A model generated the notes under the pieces. It saw only the letters and a program-made list of their open reading frames with translations. It did no database searches and was not told the DNA's origin. 64,000 nt of DNA from Alphaproteobacteria bacterium (GTDB taxonomy: Bacteria > Pseudomonadota > Alphaproteobacteria > Rickettsiales > SXRF01). This document shows positions 8,561 to 19,100 of this stretch, piece after piece. The stretch covers positions 114,168-178,167 of the forward strand of contig JANYES010000019.1 of NCBI GenBank assembly GCA_025362975.1, written 5' to 3'. Numbering within the stretch: the first letter of the stretch is position 1; the number at the start of each line of letters is the position of its first letter. A program made the translations under genes and the position numbers.

Positions 8561-9997
8561 CTAGCGGCGATGCGCCACGCGCAGCTTGGTGCCTTCGATA
8601 TCCTTGATGTCGAAACTGCCGGTCATCAACGCTTTATCGATCAGCGGCTGGTCGCGGTCGCCGCGGAACCAGATGAGCGTCTGGATGTTGCCCATCTCCT
8701 CAGGCTTTATCGACACGATCCACGTGCTCCAATACGCGCCGAACTGATACGGGTACAGCGCCAGCACGCCGTGGCTCGCCCGCACATTTGGATTCAACGA
8801 CCCTTCGGCTTCGAGCTGTTTTTGCCCAAACTCACGGTAAAGATTGGCATGCGACACCAACGGCTGCGGCAGCCAGCGACTGGCCGCTTGATGAAACGTC
8901 TGCGCGCGCATAGAAGCAAGCCCACACACCAGCACCACAGCCTGCAACACCGCATAGCGCCTGCGCTCATTTTCAGGACGCGCCAGCGCCATAACCGCAG
9001 GCCACATCACGCACAGGACCAGCACGAACGGCTTATAGCTCGACCACTGCGCCGACATCTCGCTTTTGGAAAAAAACATCGCCAGTAAATATGGCGCAAA
9101 CGCCACCGCCCCGATCAGCAACTCCACATCCTTAAACCACACCCCCGCCACCGCCAATGCCACCAGCGGCAACCAAATACCCTGCTGCACGCTAAACAGA
9201 TGCCACGCGCGGTCCGCAATCAGCTTAGCGCTTAAATGATGGAACGGGTCGACCGCATCGTAATACTGCTCATGGAACAAATCGTAGACCTGGAAAAAAT
9301 GCTTCTGCACGTAAATCGTGGCCATCGTCCACACCACCGTCACGATGAGTATCCGCAAAGCCCAACCGCGTTTTTCACGTGCAAGCGCCCTATCGCTTTT
9401 ACGCAAAACCCAGAACTGCCACCCCGCCAGCAGCGCCAAAGGCGCTGCCGCCATCAGGCCCAAATCCTCACGCACCATCGTCGTCAGGATAAACCAGACA
9501 AGACAGGCGCGATACCGGCGCAACTGCCACGCAGAAAATGCCATCAGCATGCATAGCGGTGCCACATAATCGCTGCGCATTTCCCACGAGCCGCCGAAAA
9601 TAATCTCGCCGCAAAACAGCATGAACGCGCCGAGTGCCGCCATCCACGGCGCGGGCGCCAGCCGCAGCAGCAAACGAAACGCCGTAAAAATCGTGGCAGC
9701 ATAGACGCACGCATACACCAGCGCATAAAAATCCATGCGTTCGCCCATCCATAAATACGAGAGCACAGTAGGGAAATAATTGATCGTCGACGCATGCGTC
9801 GAATAAATCGAACCGCCAAATGCCGGCCCCATGAACAGCGTCAACCCGCTGTGCCAGAGGACGGTGGCGAACTCCGCCGAATCGTAGAACGTCGAGCCAT
9901 ACTCATAGGCGTTATTCATCGTCGTATTATATACGCAGTACGCGGCGAACAGTGCCACTACTATTCCGGATCCGAAACGTGATGCAAACGACTTCAT
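8561..9997 (-). CDS. Polytopic membrane protein, probable GT-C fold glycosyltransferase (DUF2079-like)
   Basis: Many TM helices, N-terminal loop with YDSAEF, VREDLG motif; 4-nt overlap with the upstream GT2 gene. Confidence 0.55.
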   Translation of the reverse strand: MKSFASRFGSGIVVALFAAYCVYNTTMNNAYEYGSTFYDSAEFATVLWHSGLTLFMGPAFGGSIYSTHASTINYFPTVLSYLWMGERMDFYALVYACVYAATIFTAFRLLLRLAPAPWMAALGAFMLFCGEIIFGGSWEMRSDYVAPLCMLMAFSAWQLRRYRACLVWFILTTMVREDLGLMAAAPLALLAGWQFWVLRKSDRALAREKRGWALRILIVTVVWTMATIYVQKHFFQVYDLFHEQYYDAVDPFHHLSAKLIADRAWHLFSVQQGIWLPLVALAVAGVWFKDVELLIGAVAFAPYLLAMFFSKSEMSAQWSSYKPFVLVLCVMWPAVMALARPENERRRYAVLQAVVLVCGLASMRAQTFHQAASRWLPQPLVSHANLYREFGQKQLEAEGSLNPNVRASHGVLALYPYQFGAYWSTWIVSIKPEEMGNIQTLIWFRGDRDQPLIDKALMTGSFDIKDIEGTKLRVAHRR

Positions 9998-10707
9998 AAA
10001 ATTTTACGCATCTCCAGCAGATCGCTCAGCGATTTTTTCGCGCCCCGCAACAGCGCCGAGCTGACGATGGATTTGCCCGACACCCGGGCGCGGTGGCGCA
10101 CCGGAATATGCAAAAGCGGCTGCTTGCGGTGCGCTGCAATCACAGCGAGGCAGATATTCGGCGCGAAAGCGCCGCGCGGCACCAGTGGCAACGCTTCGGC
10201 GAGGAACCCGCGCTCCATCAGCCGGAACGGCACGTTGCTGTCCTTAAAACTAATCTTGAAAATCCCATACACCAGCAAATTCGCCACTTTGGAAAACACG
10301 ATGCGGAACACCGAATCGTTGCGGTGCTTGCGCATGCCGAGGATGAATTTAGACTCAGTGCGCCGCTCCCACAACAGGGTGAAATCGGCCGCTTCGAACT
10401 GGTCGTCGGAATCGGTCTGGAAAATATAATCCGTATCCATCTGCACCGCTATGCGGTAACCATTCATCACCGCTACGCCGTGGCCGCCATTAGGCTGGTG
10501 GTGCACGATCAGGCGGGGAAATTCGCGGGCCAAGCGGTCCAGCATGGCGCCGGTGTTGTCGCGCGAGCCGTCGTTGACGATGAGCATGCGGTAGCCGTCG
10601 CCGAACAGGCGGCTGAGTTCGCGGTTCCAATCGGCCACCACGCGGGCGATATTGCCTTCTTCATTATAAGCAGGGAGTACGGCGACACAGGAAAGCGGCA
10701 TAGGCAT
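9994..10707 (-). CDS. Glycosyltransferase family 2 (polyprenol-phosphate glycosyltransferase-like)
   Basis: VLPAYNEE, IVNDGSRD, NGGHG, TDSDDQF and DSNVPFRL motifs. Confidence 0.9.
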   Translation of the reverse strand: MPMPLSCVAVLPAYNEEGNIARVVADWNRELSRLFGDGYRMLIVNDGSRDNTGAMLDRLAREFPRLIVHHQPNGGHGVAVMNGYRIAVQMDTDYIFQTDSDDQFEAADFTLLWERRTESKFILGMRKHRNDSVFRIVFSKVANLLVYGIFKISFKDSNVPFRLMERGFLAEALPLVPRGAFAPNICLAVIAAHRKQPLLHIPVRHRARVSGKSIVSSALLRGAKKSLSDLLEMRKIL

Positions 10708-10771
10708 CCGGCAATGGGTTATCGGCCCAATGTAGTGGCTGCACTGGCCAAATCAAGAAATATCAATGAAT

Positions 10772-12832
10772 TTAGCGTTTCGGCTCTTTATCGCTAAGTG
10801 CCGGGTCGGCAGGCGGCATGGACCACACAGGCGCGCTGGCCGGGGTCGTCGTGGCGTCGGTGTAGGTCAGTAGCGGTGAAGCACCACGCTCGGAAGCGGC
10901 CAGATCGAACGCCGTGGGTGCGCGCTCGGAGGCGGCAACTGCGTAAATCGCAGGATCTTCCAGTATCTGTTCGAGGCCGACCATGCGGGCGATATCACCG
11001 GCTGGCAAAACTTTATTTTTAAGCCCCACCGTGCGGTCTTCGCCGTTGATTTTGATGCTCTTGATCGTGCGCGGCTTGCCGGACACGGGCGCTGCCTCGT
11101 AAGCGATTTCAACCTTCACGGATTTGCGCTTGTCGTCGCGCGTGTCGAGCAGTTTGAGCGTCTGTTCCTGACCGTCAATCGTGCCTTCGTCAAGCACCAG
11201 GAATTTCTTGCCACCCTGCTCAAACGCCGCGATGCGCTTGCGCACGCGATCAACCTTCCACGCATGCGCATTCAGGCCGTTTTCATACTGCTCCAGCGCC
11301 GGCAATTGCTTTGGAATCAGGTCGGTCTGAATAAAGCGGTCAAGTGCCAGATTTTTGTCATGCGCGCGGAAGCCCATGATGTAGGTTTTCATTTCGCTGC
11401 GCGATTTTTCACTCAGCAGGTGAATCTTTTTTGTGGGGTTGCCGTCGGCGCGTTCGGTGTCGTCCTTGGCGAGGCGCGCTTCTAGCAGCTTGGCCATTTC
11501 TTCGAGGTTGCCTTCGCGGTACGCGTCGTAGAATTTATCGCCCGGCGAGCGTGTGGTGAGTCCTAAGCGTTCGCCGAGGAATGTCGCGGGGCGCAACAGC
11601 ACATTGGGGCGGTAGAACACATCGCCGTTGCCGCTGTCGATCGAAAATTGTTTTTTCGCGGCGGTGGCAAAATCGCTCGCGCCCATCAGGCGGTCAAGGC
11701 TGTAATTTTCCTCAGGGAAATACGACAGCATATTGCCCGGCTGCGACAGCGCATCGAAAATCGCGCGGTTGGCGAAGTTGGTAATCAAATTGCGCTTGGC
11801 GATCACGTTTAAATTATCCCAAGCCTTATCGAACATCACCGCTTTTTCTTCCAGCGGCAGGCTGTCCGCCGAGACGCCACGTATCTGCGCCATTTCGGCG
11901 ATCAGCTTGGCTTTGATTTCACGCCCATATGCGTCCAGCTCGTCGGTCAGCTTACCTTGCTGGCCGGGGACATCGTCCATTTTCAGGCCTTTTTCCGCGA
12001 GTTTGGGCGTCATGATCGGATCGAGCTTGACCGACAGCGATGCGCGCGCTTCTTCGCCGTACTGGGCTAAGTATTTTTCGACTTCTTCGGCCGGGGCTTG
12101 CAGGGCTTTGGGGAATTCGTCCTTGAGGTAGCGCAGATTCAGCTCGTTGGAATTGGCGGATTTTTCAAGCTGGCGCACATAGCTGCGCAGGTAATAGTTG
12201 TTCGCGTCGATCGCGTAGCGGCTATCGTCGATGCCTTTGCCCGCGATGGCGCGCAGGCGCTCGATTTCAGCGCGGCTGGCGAGTGCCGCCGGGTTTTGCG
12301 TTTTATCATAGGTCGGAATGGTCACCGTCAGCTTCGTGGCCTTCAGCGCCGGGACTTCAGGAAACACTGACTGGCTGCGCGCGATCACCAATTCATTAGC
12401 CTGCCCTGCGAAGGGCCGGTCCACGCCGCGCGGAATCGGCTTCACTTTGCTGCCGGATTCGCCGCGCAGGAAATCCATCAGAAACACACCGACCGTACCG
12501 GCCAGGCCCGCGCCCAGAAGCGCTGAAACGCCCATGCCTAAAATGCCCGTCTGCCCGGCCATCGCTCCGCCCAGCACCGCGCCCACGCCGGTAATGCCGA
12601 TTTTCATCCAGTCCGTGTCGCCGGTTGCGCGGCGGGTGAACTGGTCGGTGATCATTTTCCAGATGGGGAATTGTGAGGTTTCAGCGCTGTCGCCGACGAG
12701 TTTGCGGGCGCGTTCCGCCGCGTCCTTCTGCTCTTTGGCGTCGGCTTCTTCCTTGATTTTTTTGCGTGCGAGTTCCTCGGCGGCCAACCGGGCAGCTTCT
12801 TCCGCTTTTCTCTTGTCGTCTTCGTCAGACAT
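10772..12832 (-). CDS. Hypothetical protein (686 aa) with N-terminal glycine-zipper membrane hairpin
   Basis: Long ORF; WMKIGITGVGAVLGGAMAGQTGILGMGVSALLGAGLAGTVG segment. Confidence 0.8.
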   Translation of the reverse strand: MSDEDDKRKAEEAARLAAEELARKKIKEEADAKEQKDAAERARKLVGDSAETSQFPIWKMITDQFTRRATGDTDWMKIGITGVGAVLGGAMAGQTGILGMGVSALLGAGLAGTVGVFLMDFLRGESGSKVKPIPRGVDRPFAGQANELVIARSQSVFPEVPALKATKLTVTIPTYDKTQNPAALASRAEIERLRAIAGKGIDDSRYAIDANNYYLRSYVRQLEKSANSNELNLRYLKDEFPKALQAPAEEVEKYLAQYGEEARASLSVKLDPIMTPKLAEKGLKMDDVPGQQGKLTDELDAYGREIKAKLIAEMAQIRGVSADSLPLEEKAVMFDKAWDNLNVIAKRNLITNFANRAIFDALSQPGNMLSYFPEENYSLDRLMGASDFATAAKKQFSIDSGNGDVFYRPNVLLRPATFLGERLGLTTRSPGDKFYDAYREGNLEEMAKLLEARLAKDDTERADGNPTKKIHLLSEKSRSEMKTYIMGFRAHDKNLALDRFIQTDLIPKQLPALEQYENGLNAHAWKVDRVRKRIAAFEQGGKKFLVLDEGTIDGQEQTLKLLDTRDDKRKSVKVEIAYEAAPVSGKPRTIKSIKINGEDRTVGLKNKVLPAGDIARMVGLEQILEDPAIYAVAASERAPTAFDLAASERGASPLLTYTDATTTPASAPVWSMPPADPALSDKEPKR

Positions 12833-12913
12833 TCGTTGGCTACCAATAGATTCTACATGTCTAGATTAAGCCATGTTTCAAGCCATTATCACATCGCTAT
12901 GGTGTGCTTTCCA

Positions 12914-13013
12914 GTGACAATTCCATGAAGACTCTATGACATTAGCGAAAAACCATTAAGATTGCGTTTTTCTTAACACTTTTTTGTCATAATGCTTGTC
13001 ATAAATGTTTCAT
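12914..13013. promoter_or_regulatory. Divergent PhoB/OmpR-like direct-repeat boxes
   Basis: Minus strand TGTCAT/CTTCAT/TGTCAC at 11-bp spacing (12914-12941); plus strand TGTCAT/TGTCAT/TTTCAT at 12- and 11-bp spacing (12985-13013). Confidence 0.45.
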
Positions 13014-13131
13014 TAACCACCATATATTTGCATGATATTATAGCCGAATGAGATGTGTCCTCTGGCTCCACTTTTTACCCTCAGGCACATCAAGGCGAAC
13101 ACGCCGTAAAACATTGATTTAGGACGATACT

Positions 13132-16100
13132 ATGTCAAGCACGACAACGCCCACACCATCACCGGCAACGCCGCTCGCGACACCGCCGGACGATGAAAAG
13201 AAATCCCGCTCCCGGTGGATGATGATCATCGGCGCCGTTCTCGGCGGCGGTTTAGGCATCTTCACCGGCGGTATCGGCGGTGCGATTATCGGCTTGCTCA
13301 CCGGCCTGATGGGCGGCTTCGCCGCGCAGGAAATCTCGAACCAGTACGGCAAACCCGCCGCTGGCAGTAACCCCACAGCGCCCACAGGCCTTCCCGCCCC
13401 CGGCGTCCCGGGCGATGGCAAGGACGGCCCCGCAGGCCCCGATCAGAGCACCCTGCTCAAAGACGCGCAAAAAGTTTTCGCTGAAGGCCAGGTAGTCGAT
13501 CCGAATAATCCGTACGACCCGAGCAACCCCGCCTCGCGCCTGAAAGTCAACGACCCGACCGTGCCGACGCTCGCCATAACCGGGCTTGCGATGGCCCTGC
13601 AGCGCGGCCTTGTGCAGCCGAGGGTCAACGGCCTGCTGGAATTTACCCGCATCAACCCCATCACCCGCTGGGTCACCGGCAAGCTAGGCACTCCGCGTGA
13701 ACTTGGCTTGCGCAATGGTCTCATGCCGGGTTTGTGGGCCACGCCTGAAGGCATCAAGGAAAACGCCATCAAGGCGCTTGAAGACATCAAGGCCCGCGAA
13801 GCCAACCCAAAACTCTCCGCCGCCGAAAAGCTGGCGACCAAAGCCGAAGCCAAAGCCATGAAGCGCGCCACCGGCAGCAGCGCCGTTAAAGGGCTGATGA
13901 ACGGAACGCGCGATATCGATCCGATGCGCGCGCGTCTTGGCGCCTATTACAGGGAAAACCCGACCCTGTTGCGTCAGTTCTGGAACGAAACCACAGGCCT
14001 TACCGGAGCACCCGTTGAAGACATCAAAGTCACCGCCCCCACCGAACCGGGCGGCGCACCCGGAGTCGTTGTTGACAGTGGCGGCGACGTCATCCGCATT
14101 ACGCCCGAGGGCAGAAGCGAGTTTGTCGACCCCAAAAGCGCGCCCAAAGGCGTGCGCGTCAGCTACAGCGCCGCCGGCGAATCGGCTACCTACATTCTCG
14201 ACCCCGAGCTGGAACTCGGCAAATTCACCGAAAAATTTCCCGAGCTGAAAGCAAGCGTGCGCGCCGCGCTCATTGAAGAAGCCACCGTCGCCATCAAAGC
14301 CCACGCTGAAAAAATGCCCACCGGCCTCGACCGCCATGTCGCCCAAGCCCGCGCTGTCGCCGAAGCTACCGTGGCTATCGACAAAGTACTGTCGCGCCCT
14401 GCGGGTGCGCCTCAGGACGTAAGCGTCCGTTCTTTGCGCACCAGCGTCAGCGAAATCATCAAAACCAACACCGGCATCACCCCGGCTCCCGAACCTGTTC
14501 CCGCCGCCGTGAAACCCACCGCACCCGGCGCCACGCCGACTGAACCCGCAGCCAAAGTTCCCGAGCCAGTGAAACCCGCAACCGCGCCCGAACCGGCTGC
14601 GACTAAACCGGTCGAACCTGCTAAAATCGCCGGTCCAGAGCTAAAAACCGCCACCAAAACCGGCTTCGATTCCGCCTCCGGCAAGGAAGTCACCCGCACC
14701 ATCTACACCATCGACCTGAAAGAAAAGGGCAAAGCCCTCATCGCTGTCGAAAAAGCCGATCCCGCCTACGGTGAAAACATCTATCGCAGCACCACCAAAG
14801 GCCCGGGCGGCGAATACCAGCATTACTCCGTCAAAGACGGCGCCGTCAAGCCGATCACCCCGTCGAAAGCAGCCTTCAATGTCATCGACCTCAGCGGTCT
14901 TGAAGAAGGCTTCGCTGGCAGGGTCGAACACCAGCTTTCGCCGGTCAACGAACCGGCGCGCAGCGTCAGCCCCGTTCCCGCCGAAGAAGGCCTTGGCGCC
15001 AATATTTTCCGCGATGAAAACGGCCGTTATTTCCGAGCCGAAAAACTCCCCGGTGCTGCCGATTATACCGTCACCGAAACGACCGCCACGCTCGAAGTCC
15101 GCCAGCTCGAAGCCTTACGCAACGCCGGTCTCAAAAACGCCAATACAATTACCGATGTGATGAAAACCCTGACCGACCCCACGCAGGACCCCGCCGTGCG
15201 CGCCATGCGCGGCAAGCTCTCACCCGAGCAGCTTAAAGTTATCGCGCAGGAATACGACGCGGCCCTCACCCGCGGCGAAAAACCCGCCAGCACTTACTTA
15301 ACCGAAAAAGTCACCCAAGCCGGCAATATCCCGGGCGTCCAGCCTGAAACGACACCGGAACCCGCAGCTGCCGCCAAACCCGGCAAGCCGGTCAACCCGC
15401 TGAAACCGACCGCCGCCGGTGCGGTTGCTAAACTGCTCGTCACCGAAGGCAGCATGGTCGATGCCGATGGCAAAACCGTCACCAACCGTACCTTCTCGAT
15501 GATGGAAAAAGGCAAGCCTGTATCGCTTGAACTGGCCCCCGCCGAAGAAGGCATCGGCAACAACGTTTACCGCACAAAAACCACAGGCGCTGCCGAACCC
15601 ACCTATTACCGCAGCACCGATGGCGAACTGACCCCGATTAAAAAACCTGCCACCTCCACCTTCTCCTCCACCGACATCGTCGGCGGCGGCGTCGATACGC
15701 GCATCAGCATCGAAGGCCGCAGCTCGATTGAGGTCTTCAAGGTCAAAGGCGCTGCCGTGGGCCTCGGCGAAGAAGTCTACAGCTCGCAGGACGGCTCGCA
15801 TATCTACCGCGTCCTCGAGGGTAAAAAAGCCGACGGCACCCCGCTCGGCGGGAAAACCGTCAGCGAAATCACCACCACGCCCGAAGGCGTGCGCGCCAGC
15901 GAAATCCTGCGCATGCCACACGGCAAAACCGTGATGGAACACTTAACCGAAACCCTCGCCGCCAAAGACATCAAGCCGCTCGCTGAAAAGCTGAGCCCGG
16001 CGCAGGTCAAAGAAATCGCCGAAATGTACAGTAAAGCGCTGGAAGTCGAATCCACCGGCGGCAAAACGGCGGGCAATGATTTCCTCGCCAAAAAAATTAC

Positions 16101-19100
16101 GGGGGTCGCCTCGCGCGAGCCTGTTAAAGCCCCGGAAACTGTACCTGAATCCGTCAAACCCGCCGCCACTGACCCGCTGAAACCGACTGCCGCCACCGCC
16201 GCGCGCCCCTCACCGGTTAAAATCAGCCCGACGCTGGTTACCAAATCCACTACCAGCTTCGATACCGCTACCGGCAAAGAAGTCAGCACCACAAGCCATT
16301 TCGTCGACCCGAAAGACGGCACCGCCCCCATCGCCGTTGAAAAAGTTCCTGCCTCGGAAAATCTTGGTCAGAACACCTACCGCACCAAAGCCGCGCCCGG
16401 CAGACCACAGCAATATTTCTCCGGCGAAAGCGAACTCAAACCGATCTCACGCCCGATGCCGTCGGACTTCACCTCCGCCGACACCAGCGCCCTCGGCGGC
16501 ACGAAAGAATTCACCCTGCGCCCGGTCAACGAAGCTGAAATCCCGGTCGTCAAAGTTCCGCCGGAAGCAGGTCTCGGCGAGGGCATGTTCAAAAATGCCG
16601 AAGGCACGCGCTTCTTCCGCGTCAATGAAGGCGCACCTAAAGGCCAGCAGGTCACCGAAGTCACCAAAGCGCCCGAACTCAGCCACCTTGAGCCGATCCG
16701 CACCTTGCAGCTTGCCAACCCAACCGAGGTCATGGCCCATATCAGCGAAACCTTCAACGCCACTACCCACGCGGACGTCCTCGCCCTGCGCGGCAAGCTG
16801 TCGCCGGAACAAATCCAGCGCCTCGCCGTTGAATACGATAAAGTCCTCGAAGCGGGCAAAGCCACCGGCACCAAACCGCCGCACGATTTCCTCACCACCC
16901 GCGTGCGCGCTATCGCTGCCGAACCGGCAACCGTGGTGACCCCGGCGGCCGCTACGGGCGCTGCCATCAAACCGAACACCTGGGGCACAAAAGGTGCCGT
17001 CAACCAGCGAGGCGGTGGCTGGGGCATGCACATCTTCGCCACTGGCATGGGCGCTAAATCCTTAAACGAGCAGATGAGCGAATACCGCAAGCTCGACCCG
17101 AAAGACCCCGCCTATGAAGCCAAAGCCGCCAGCCTGCGCCACGATATGTATATCAGCGGCGGCATGACCGGTATGGGCGGCAGCGGTATGGCCATTGAAC
17201 TCGCCTCCGCCCGCCAGATGGCCAACGTCCAGCGCGCCGTGACCGCCGGTACGATGGATGCCAGCGCCCTCAGCCGCGTCACCCCGCTCACCCGTGCTTC
17301 AGGTGGCCTCGGCGTCGCCGGTGGCGGCCTGACTATCATTCAGGGTTACGATCATCTCAAACATGCCAAAGACGAAGACACCGAAATCGGCAAAAACGCC
17401 GCCACCGCCACCGGCTGGACCGAAATCGCCGCAGGCAGTTATTTCACCGGCGCGGGCGTTGCGACCGTCGCAGGCTTCGGCAGCGCTGGCTGGGTCGCCG
17501 CGGCGGGTCCAATTGGCGTCGTTCTCATCGGCGTCTCTATTTACAGCGATCTTGTCGTCGGTGCACTCAAGGACTGCGAACGCGCTTCCACGGAATTTTC
17601 CACCTTCGGTCGCATAACCATGTCGGCGCGCGCGCAGCCAGCGGTCAATGAAAAGGGCTATAACGAGTTTATCACGCAGCTCAAACCGGACCCCGCTAAT
17701 CCAAGCAAAGAACCGGGCATGCCGAAGCTCAGCATGTACAAGAACCTCACCACCGCGTCCCACGCGATCAACGAGCTCGCCCGCAGCGCCGGTCCGAGCC
17801 TGTCGGATCCGAGCGTCAACAAGATGGACTTCTTCCTCGACGAGTCCGCCTCGCCGGAACAGATCCGCAAGAGCATCGACTGGGCCCGCAAGGAACTTAA
17901 AGCCGTGCAGGAAAAAGTTATCGCCGATAACGGCTTCAACCGCGACGAAGTCCTCGATGCGAAAAAACGCGCCGACAAAATGATCGACGTCCAGAAGCCC
18001 GACGGCTGGTGGTGGCTGCCTGTATACAGCGCCTACGCCGCAGGCAAGATGAACGACCCCGCCGACATTAAAGCGCGCAGAGACTTAGGCAACGGCCTGC
18101 TCGCCATCGACTCGTCGGAAATGGCCCTTGCCTCGCTCGTAGGCGCGGAAAAAGAAGTCTTCGGCGAAGAAGACGTCGGCAGCGGCAGCAGTAAAGGCCG
18201 CGCCTTCCGCGTGCGCCAGCAGACCGGCATCGACACCTTCCAGGATGTCACCCGCGACATCGGCAGCTTGGAAAAAGAAAACCGGCAGCCGATCCGCATG
18301 GTCAGCTACGCCAGCAACTACGAAACCATAAAGAACTACAACCTCCAGCGCGCGCAAGCCGCAAAAAAAGTAGCCGACACCGTAAAGCAGGACGATCTGC
18401 CGACCATGTCCACCGACGTCAAAATCCTCACCCCGTGGACCCAGCCGGGCGGCGAACGCATCGAAAAAGATGGCAAAGTCACCTTCGCACACGGCTACGA
18501 ATCCATCGGCAATGTCGAGTTGAAATACACACCGGAAATGATGGCGCGCATTACGGCCCATAACGAAAAAGCCGTTACTCTGCGCAAGCGTTTCGACGAT
18601 CTGGAACAAAAAATCCTCGCCCGCATCGAAGTGTTCGAACGAGACGCCATCGTGCGCAAAACCGAAGCGGAACACACCCCGCAAGGCATGACCGCGGTAC
18701 CCGATCACGTCAAAAATGGCGATTTCTATAAGAATAAACTTGCCAAGCGACTCGCCGACTATAAAGGCGTCCAGAACAGCGGTCCGCAGCGTGCCGCAGC
18801 CGTGCGCTACATCCTCGAAGACACATTCGCCAACGCTCCCAAAATGCGCGCCATCATCAACGACACCGCCCTCACCAAAGAGCTCGACCACTACCGCATC
18901 GCCGTTGCCGGCGACGCCAAAGACCCGAGCGCCAAAAGCTTCAAGCAAGAAACCGTCGAACTCGAAAAAGCCATGCTCGACGAACAGGTCCGCATCAACC
19001 GCGAGCAGTTCGAAGCCATGTTCGACCGCGCTGCTACCAAGAACGCCAAAAGCTGGGAAGGCCTGCTCACCGGCAAAACCGACGGCAAGCCCGACCCGAC

